From: the human T2T-CHM13v2.0 reference genome, Homo sapiens
Direction: 5' to 3' (one strand)
Length of the DNA: 64,000 nt
Assembly: GCF_009914755.1 (NCBI RefSeq)
Contig: NC_060947.1
Shown: in pieces, positions 56,214-64,000 of the stretch
Numbering within the stretch: position 1 is the first letter of the stretch
How the letters are laid out: each line of letters begins with the position of its first letter
Position numbers and translations under genes: made by a program
The notes under the pieces: generated by a model
What the model was told of the DNA's origin: nothing
Database searches by the model: none
The model's input: the letters and a program-made list of their open reading frames with translations, nothing else

Positions 56214-56559
56214 ATATAAAAATAGAGTTGACCTACTTTTAATATTGACCTGGTATACGGCAACCTAGGCACACTCACTCATTAGTTCTAGGAGGTTTTT
56301 CATAAATTCCCAGAAATTTTATACATAGCCACCATGTCAGTAAATAGGGACACTTTTTCATGACTTCATTTCCAATCTGTGTGCCTTTTAGTGCTTTCCT
56401 TTGCTTTATTGTACTGGTTGGGTCTTCCAAGGAGGTATTCAATAGGAATGCTGAGAGTGATTGTCTTTGCCGCAGTGCTATCATTTCAACATGTTGAACA
56501 ATATAAACACATTAGTACTCTGTCTTCTTTTTTTACTGTCTTTGACCTGCAGTAACTTA

Positions 56560-56748
56560 TCATTTCAACACGTAAACAATACAAATAAGTTATTAGTTAG
56601 TTATTCTACATTTTTTGTTTCTCACTAAGTCTTGAATATACCGTGTGCGTTTTACAGTTATCGTACATCACATTTTGGAGTAGCCAAATTTCTAGTGCTC
56701 AGTAGCCACATGTGGCTAGTGTTTACTATACTGAATAGTGCAACTCTA
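56560..56748. mobile_element. MER3/MER33-like hAT relic
   Basis: 'gtgctcagtagccacatgtggctagtg' core. Confidence 0.65.
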
Positions 56749-56995
56749 GGGGAGGAGCAGAGGGAGCAAATACATATGGAATGATGTGTACCATGAAGGA
56801 AATGTACATGGTACATTTAAAAACAGCATGGTGAAGTAAGGGAAGTAATGGGAGAGAAGTGGGGTAAGTAAGGAGAGGGAAGTAAGAGAAAAACCTCTCG
56901 GAGGACGTAACATCTAAGCTACGGCCTGAGTCTTGATGAGCTATCCAACAGCATAAAGAGGCCAATGTGGATTGAGCAGAGTATGCAAGGGGCAA

Positions 56996-56998
<3 letters not shown>

Positions 56999-57043
<45 letters not shown>
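56999..57043 (+). repeat. Poly-A run (45 nt)
   Basis: Directly visible. Confidence 0.97.
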
Positions 57044-57045
<2 letters not shown>

Positions 57046-57828
57046 CTGGGCCATAGATGGGCAAAATAACTTTCCCAAATCCCCTAAGAAAAGAGCGGGG
57101 AAACAGACAAAACATAGGAAGATCTGTACTGTGAGTGACTTGGTGTAGGGTCTTGTTTGCCTATTCATTCTTAGCACCAGGAACAGTACCTAGCTAATAA
57201 CAGATCTTTGGTGAATCTGTGTGAAATAAGGGCAAACTGAACCCCAGGCTTCTGAGACCTAGGAAAGGAGATAGCAATATACTGATAAAGACACCAGTAG
57301 GTAGTGGGGATAGTTTGTTTCTTGTTGTTCTTGTTTTTCATTTTAATTGCCAATGGTTTGTCATAAGCAACCTAAGGCAATCATGAATACAGGAAGATTA
57401 AAGGACCTCAGTGAGTAATATTATTGGCTTCAGTAACCAGCACCTACTCCAGAAAAACATCCAGGAAAGGTTTCAACTGTCCTGACTTGCGTCAAGTACC
57501 CATAAGTGAACCGATCAGTGTGGACAGGGAAATGGTGTGCCACGACTGGGTCAGCCCATGTCACGTACCCAACACTGTGGTCAGTAACAAGAAGGAGGAC
57601 GTAGAGGACAATGGGCAAGAGACCCACAAGACTTCGTAAAGTCTGCTGTTTCCTTCTTAGAGTTTTTCTTTTATGGAGGTCAGTTACATATCCAATCTTC
57701 CTAACACCAGTTTCCTGGAATAGCAGAATGGCACATTATGTGTCTTTACAAATTGGGCTTCAGGCAAGAACACTCAGTATTTTAGTGGCCACACATCAGT
57801 GATGAAACAACTCCTTGTCCTGTGAAGA

Positions 57829-60570
57829 TCACTGAGAATGGGTGGTCTAGTTCATGTCGTTCTGTGGTACTGCCTGCAGCATCACCTTCAATGAGGCCTG
57901 CACTTTAGCAAGCTTGTATGTCCAAACTGCCATGTGATTGCCATTGTTCATAGCAATGGACAGGGACAGGATAAATCACATGCTTCAGCTCCATCAACGC
58001 TGTTAAGTGCTGCAGAAGACTCGTGAGCACAGGCATTGTAATGGGGTTGAAGACAAAGCTAGGGACACAGAGGTGGGAACAGTGGCTCAGGGCTGGGATG
58101 ACAACAGAGAAAGTAGAATCAGTTATCAGGCAGTTGTCTATCTCCAGATGCTGCAGGGTCCCTGAGACCGTCTCCAGCAGAGCCTGGAATGGCTCAGAAA
58201 CTTCCCAGGATATCTGATTGTTACTCAGACTCAACAGTCTTAGGTGGGTAACCTCAGAGCTCTGGGATAGGACAGTGATGTCTCTCTGGTAGAAAGTCCA
58301 CAGAAAGACACATACAGTGTGTACAAATGAGATGGCAGGGCTCTGTAGAGAGAAAAAAGGAAGGCATTTCTGAAGAATGAGGGTTGGATTAGAGCAAGCA
58401 GCCCTGAATTATAGATACTTATGACTCTAGAATAAAGTAATCTGTATATCCATTGCAACAGCAGTTAACACTGTGGACTTTACAGTCAGACTTAATAGAT
58501 TTGTGACCCTAAGAAAGTTACTTTTCCACGCTGAGATACAGTTTTTTAATCTTTCAAATGTGCACAATAGCAATTATTATAGAGGGTTGTGGGACAGATT
58601 AAGGGAAAAAGAATTTAACTTAGTGCCTACAGTATAATTAGCAGTGTATCTAGTTCAGTTATTTGATGGGGATGGGTCTGGGAAAGCAGCCGACTGAGAA
58701 TTCCCTTTGACGAATTTCCAAATGACAGGTTCTCCATTCAGGTCCTAAGCCTCGGGAAAACTACAGGAACAAAACGATCTGGCGGTATTACCTATTGTGA
58801 CCAGCCCATGGGGATGTGCATCAGTGCTACAGCGTCAGTTATTTCTCCGACTGAATGCCTCCCCTTCCTCTCTAGAAGGCTACACACTCCAATAAAAGCA
58901 GGACTGTTGTCTTTTTCGCCAATATGTCGACAGACTTATCTTAGTGTCTGCACGTCTGCACATGGTTGATTGACTGACTGACTGACTGACTGACTGGGCA
59001 CAGCTGACTTTTCTAATCCTGTCTTTCTCCTCAGCATGAGGGACCACACTCTCTAGCTTGGCCAGTTTAAAACACCCAGCAGTGCCCGTGCTGATGTGGA
59101 AGGAGAAATAGGTTACAAAGTGTTTAAGAATATCTAAGAATAGTCGCACTCTTTTGTTCGTAATGGGGCATTCAGGGAACCCAGGTCCCTCCCCAACCTC
59201 TCACCCGGAAATTTTGTCCAGCTGATCTGTGAGGCAGAAGCAAGACAAGCTGAGTTCCTGGAGGTTGTTCATCTGCTCATGATGAGTGAAAAAAGTTGAG
59301 AAGTTTCTCCCCTTACAGGATTTTAAAAGGATTTTAGATAGACTAAGTCTGTCCTGGTGGATCTTCTGTGCCAAAAGGGTGCTGACTTCACTCAAACAAG
59401 CCTGACCTACTTCCAGGTGATCAGTGCATCCCAGATCCAGAAACTACAGGACGCTTTTGTGGGCAGACACTTGATGAATTTGCAAATCTCTGCAGCAGAG
59501 ATGCAAGGACCCAAGGCTCTGCTCAACTTTACTCGAAAGGAAAGAAAAGAGTTGCCTTGTTCTCAAGGTACCATCAAGGGAAATGTCCACTAACAATCCC
59601 ATGCGTTCCCTGGATGGGCCGAGACTCAGACTCTAAATGTACAATTTCCAGGCACCTAACACTTCGCTTGGCTTCTTCTATTTTCAGGATAGAGTGCTGA
59701 GAGTAAACGCAAGACTGAAAACAAAATGGGAATGTGCTCCTGATCTCAGAGCATGTGGTTCTGCTGTCTGGGTCCTGCTTTAAATCCAGGACCCTCCGTT
59801 TTGGCCGTCTGCAGGAAGAGGAAGAGACAGAATATGAAAGGTGGCTGATTTTAATATAACCCAGCAACATCAATGAGGGGAAGGAGGGGCAAACCCTTTA
59901 TCTTTGCTCTTCACTCTGTAAACAATCTACCAACAAATATTTTTTTGTACAAACTCAACATCTTTTATTGTTTTTCCCATCCTTCCTTCTCCTCCGATCC
60001 TCCCCAGTCTGGTGTCCATGTTGTTCTTCTATGTAATCATACCCAGTAGGTGAATCCATCAATAGTACTCTCAATCACCTCTATTCCATAATCACCTCTG
60101 TAAGACATTAGAGTCCTTAAGGTGACCCCAAGTGTTGGACCAACAACCTCACAGAGATCCTCAGCATTCACCGTCAACCACCTTTGGGAGACTGTTAGGC
60201 CACCCCCTGCCTCAGGCTGCAGCATACCCTCCTGATGACTCACTATGTCTCTAGTGTACATAGGGTTACCGAGGGGAAGAGCTCTGGGCAGGGAGGATCT
60301 GCAGGACCATCAATCGTGGCTCCCAAGATTTCATAGTGTGACTCCCTTACACTCAACGGTCCAACATGGAGACAACGGGAGGGCCAAATCCTCACCATGG
60401 CCTTTAGTTTCATCTTCTGCCCACCCAAGAAGGCAGTGATGAACAATGGAACAAAGAGGTCTCATGGGAGCTCCTCAAGAGCATGGATAGCTGCAGGCTC
60501 ATCACTCAGCAGACTCCATGCAGCGAGCTCTAGCAGTGTGGCTGGCACCTTTTGGTCCATTGACATGAAC
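57829..60570 (-). pseudogene. Unprocessed PRAME-family (PRAMEF/Pramel/LRRC14-like) LRR pseudogene; exons 60570-60270, 59808-59205, 58342-about 57829
   Basis: Translation gives MSMDQKVPATLLELAAWSLLSDEPAAIHALEELP*DLFVPLFITAF..LKAMVRIWP, RRVLDL, LHLCCRDLQI, LQELSL, FQALLETVSGTLQHLEIDNCLITD..LSHCSHL and YPVPVHCYE, all PRAME hallmark motifs. GT-AG introns at PRAME-type positions. Stops at 60464-60462 and 59446-59444; frameshifts near 60306, 59615, 58283 and 57918. Confidence 0.9.
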
Positions 60571-60759
60571 CTGCTTTAGGGTGAGGAACATTAACAAATC
60601 CTGAGAAGATTTTCACAGTCTCTTGCCTGCCACCAAAGATAGCAATAAATGAAATATGTATTGAACAAATATATGGTAAATCAAACGACCACTTCAAGAG
60701 ACCTCTACTATAGACATGGAATACAAATAGACTTGTATGTGTGTATAAATGTCTGTGTT

Positions 60760-60760
<1 letters not shown>

Positions 60761-60798
<38 letters not shown>

Positions 60799-60830
60799 TG
60801 TCTGTCTGTCTGTGTGTGTATACACACACA
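60761..60830. repeat. (GT)n microsatellite
   Basis: Directly visible. Confidence 0.9.
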
Positions 60831-61317
60831 TATGTATTTAGATAAGATAAAATGCCATTTGAAATCAGCTGTAAGTCAGCATAAGGCAATGTCGACCACC
60901 CAGGCACCTGCCTCCCAATGTTTCATGTCAAAAGGATATAAACCAATCAGAAAGGAAGATGTAAATCTATACAGAAGCCACATCCTCATCGTTACTTAGA
61001 AACAGATAATGCCAAATCTTTAGTAGTGAGTAAAAGGAGAAAAGGCATGAAATCCCAGCACAAGATCTGTCATGCTCTCATCACTAGTCTTTGTGGCAAG
61101 CAAAGACAGACCAAGAAAAGCTGCAAGAGACACAGAGAAAGGAAGAGGCAAGGGACTTAAAGTTGGTCCGAAACTACAGTTAAAATGACTGAGCCCAGAC
61201 TAAGTCTAAAAAAATACCAAAAAGGTGTCCCAGATAATAAGAGCAGGGACTACAGGGAAGGACCTCTAAAATACGTGTAATTTAAAGGGGTAGAGATGAT
61301 CTTAGAATGTAGTCTTT

Positions 61318-61624
<307 letters not shown>

Positions 61625-62599
61625 GTAGCCTTTGAAATCCACAGCTTCTGGGTAAGAGTAAGGGCAAACAGAAAGGGAGAAGCATGCTTTGCCACTTTGG
61701 TAATGATGGGGAAAAGAAACAAAAGGGGAAAATGAAGAATCTTGCAAGACATAAGAGAACCACAGAATCAGAGCACTCATAACTTCTTTGTCCGCTACCA
61801 AAACAAGCAAACGAAATCAGTAAATTTCAGGCCTGAATTTTTCTACACTGACAGAAAATAGCACCTGTAAAATAGGAATCTGGTAAAACAATCCAATATC
61901 ATAAAAATGAACAAAAGGAAGGATAATTCCTTACAAAAACATTCCAGAAAGAGAAAAAGAGCAGAAGACAAAATTTCACACATATTAAACAACCATGAAA
62001 CAGAAGGAAACTGTACGTCAACCCTGCAAACAGAATTAATTCCATTCAAACAAGCATTTGAGGATATAAAACCTGCCTTGAATTAGAATATTACTTAAAA
62101 CTCTAAACTCAGAAATGGGCTGAGAAAAACGTCTGAAGTACTGATTTGATATCCAGCTCAGCCGATCCTTCACTAATATCACAGCTTATAGAAAAACAGA
62201 CAGGAACTTAGGAAATTATGTACCCATCAGCCCTTCCTGAGGACTCCACTAGAGCAAGGGTCTGCAAACTATGGCCCACTGGTTGGAATATTTACCATAT
62301 GGCTCTTTACAGAAAACGTTTGCTAACTTATATTCTAAAGGGTAAACTGGGATTGTGATTCCACAGGTAACGACAGGAAAATCTTCCCTACAACATCTGA
62401 TGGCAAGCATTTGGTATCTAATACTAAAATGAAGGTGAAGCAAGGAAAATGACTAACGTGCATTTATTTTATATTGTGGAAAAAAAGAAATAGTGCAAGT
62501 AAAATAAGAGAAGTGAGAGAGATAGAAAGAAAAAGAGAATAAACTTTTTTTTTTTCATAAGGCAGTAGATGAGTGTTAAAAGGAGACTGGGGGTTAAAA

Positions 62600-64000
62600 A
62601 CAAACTAGTGGACCAGATAGTAAAATGTTCAATAAGAAAGCAGGTGCTAAAAGTAATTTTTCTAATGACAAAGTTTACATGCTAACATTAAAATTGAAAA
62701 TTCACAGTGAATATATAATACTTAGGAATACTTATGCACCAAATAACATAGGAACCACCTTTGTAATGCCAAAAGGTATGGAGACATTGAAGCACAGTAA
62801 TAATAGGAGATTTAATACATGGCAAGTCTCAGTACAAGGCAAATCCAGTGGTACAATAAAGAGACCTATACCGAAAATGTAAACAACACAATAAGATACA
62901 TTGTGTGTGTGTATACACACATAGGCATACATACACACACATAAATCTACACCTTGGAGATAAAGAATATACCACCTTGTCAAAAGCTGATGGCACGTTA
63001 ACAAAACGTGATCATAATTACCTCACAGTGAAGGCCTCGCTAATTTCCATAAAGTAGAAATATTACAACCAACCCTCTGCAATCACGATGCAACAAAAGT
63101 AGAACTTACTAACACAAACTGAAAGCACAAAGGCTCTTCTACCTGGAAAAAATGTTCAGTCTTCTATTAAGCAAATGTCGAGATAAAGACGAGATACCAA
63201 CTGAAGTTACAGAAATATTTAAGAAGAGTGATTATAAGAGCTTACATATGAGACTCTGTAGAAGATAGTTAAAGCAGTGATTGGAAGCAGATTCAGAGCG
63301 CTAAATACTCTCATCAATGAAAATGAACGAATAAAATTAGACAAATTAAAGCACTGCCTCAAAAATCTAATAAAAGAACAACCCGGGAAACCAAAAGAAA
63401 CACAAATAAAGAAATAACATAAAAGCAGAAATTGCCGGGCTTGGTGGCTCACACCTGTAATCCAACCACTTTGAGAGGCTGAGGCGGGAGGATCACTTGA
63501 GGCCAGGCGTTTGAGACCAGCCTGGGCAACATAAGGAGACCCTGCCTCTACAGTAATAATAATAATAATAATGATTCTTTAGCAGGGCGTGATGGAACAT
63601 GCCTGTAGTCCTACTTACTGAGGAGGCGGAGGTGGGAAGATTGCTTGAGCCCAGGAGCTCAAGGCTGCAGTGAGCTGTGATCACAACGCTGCACTCCAGA
63701 CTGAGTGATCCAGGGAGATTCGGTCATTAAAATGAATGAATGAATGAATGAATGAATGAATACATAAGCAGATGTTAATAAGATACATAGTAGAAAAACA
63801 ATGTGTGTATATTTATTAAATCAAAATCCTGGTTTTTTTTTTAATGGACAAACTCACTAGGCAGATTAATGAAGGAAGAAAGGGAGAGAGCACAAATATA
63901 CAAAATAATAAACGACAAATGATAATCATTTAAACAGAAAAAATTAGGTTGCTTTTCAAACCTGTGTATAAAGAAATTAAAAATACACATGAAATAAATA
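62600..64000 (+). mobile_element. Old L1M ORF2 (EN region) fragment with a nested AluJ (about 63433-63760)
   Basis: 'NTYAPNN' EN-like peptide; AluJ with a (TAA)n linker and (AATG)n tail. Confidence 0.75.

Overview
Repeat-rich primate genomic DNA, very probably human Xq22. Two gene-derived units lie on the minus strand. The first is the 5' two-thirds of the nuclear RNA export factor gene NXF2: ten coding exons from ATG 12575 down to 315, with a CpG/ETS/E-box promoter-like region at about 13.4-14.6 kb. The near-identical copy NXF2B cannot be told apart from sequence alone. The second is an unprocessed three-exon PRAME-family LRR pseudogene at 57829-60570. The rest is mostly nested L1s, plus Alu, MIR, L2, MaLR/ERVL and DNA-transposon relics. 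The most notable observations: (1) the intron after the 110-nt exon reads through into an 18-aa tail resembling the short NXF1 intron-retention isoform; (2) three separate young L1 insertions share non-consensus variants; (3) the NXF2 promoter carries an E-box plus E2F6-motif array typical of PRC1.6-silenced germline genes; (4) a tailless 5S rRNA retropseudogene with a TSD. Repeat subfamily names and reference-protein comparisons are from memory, not from a search.
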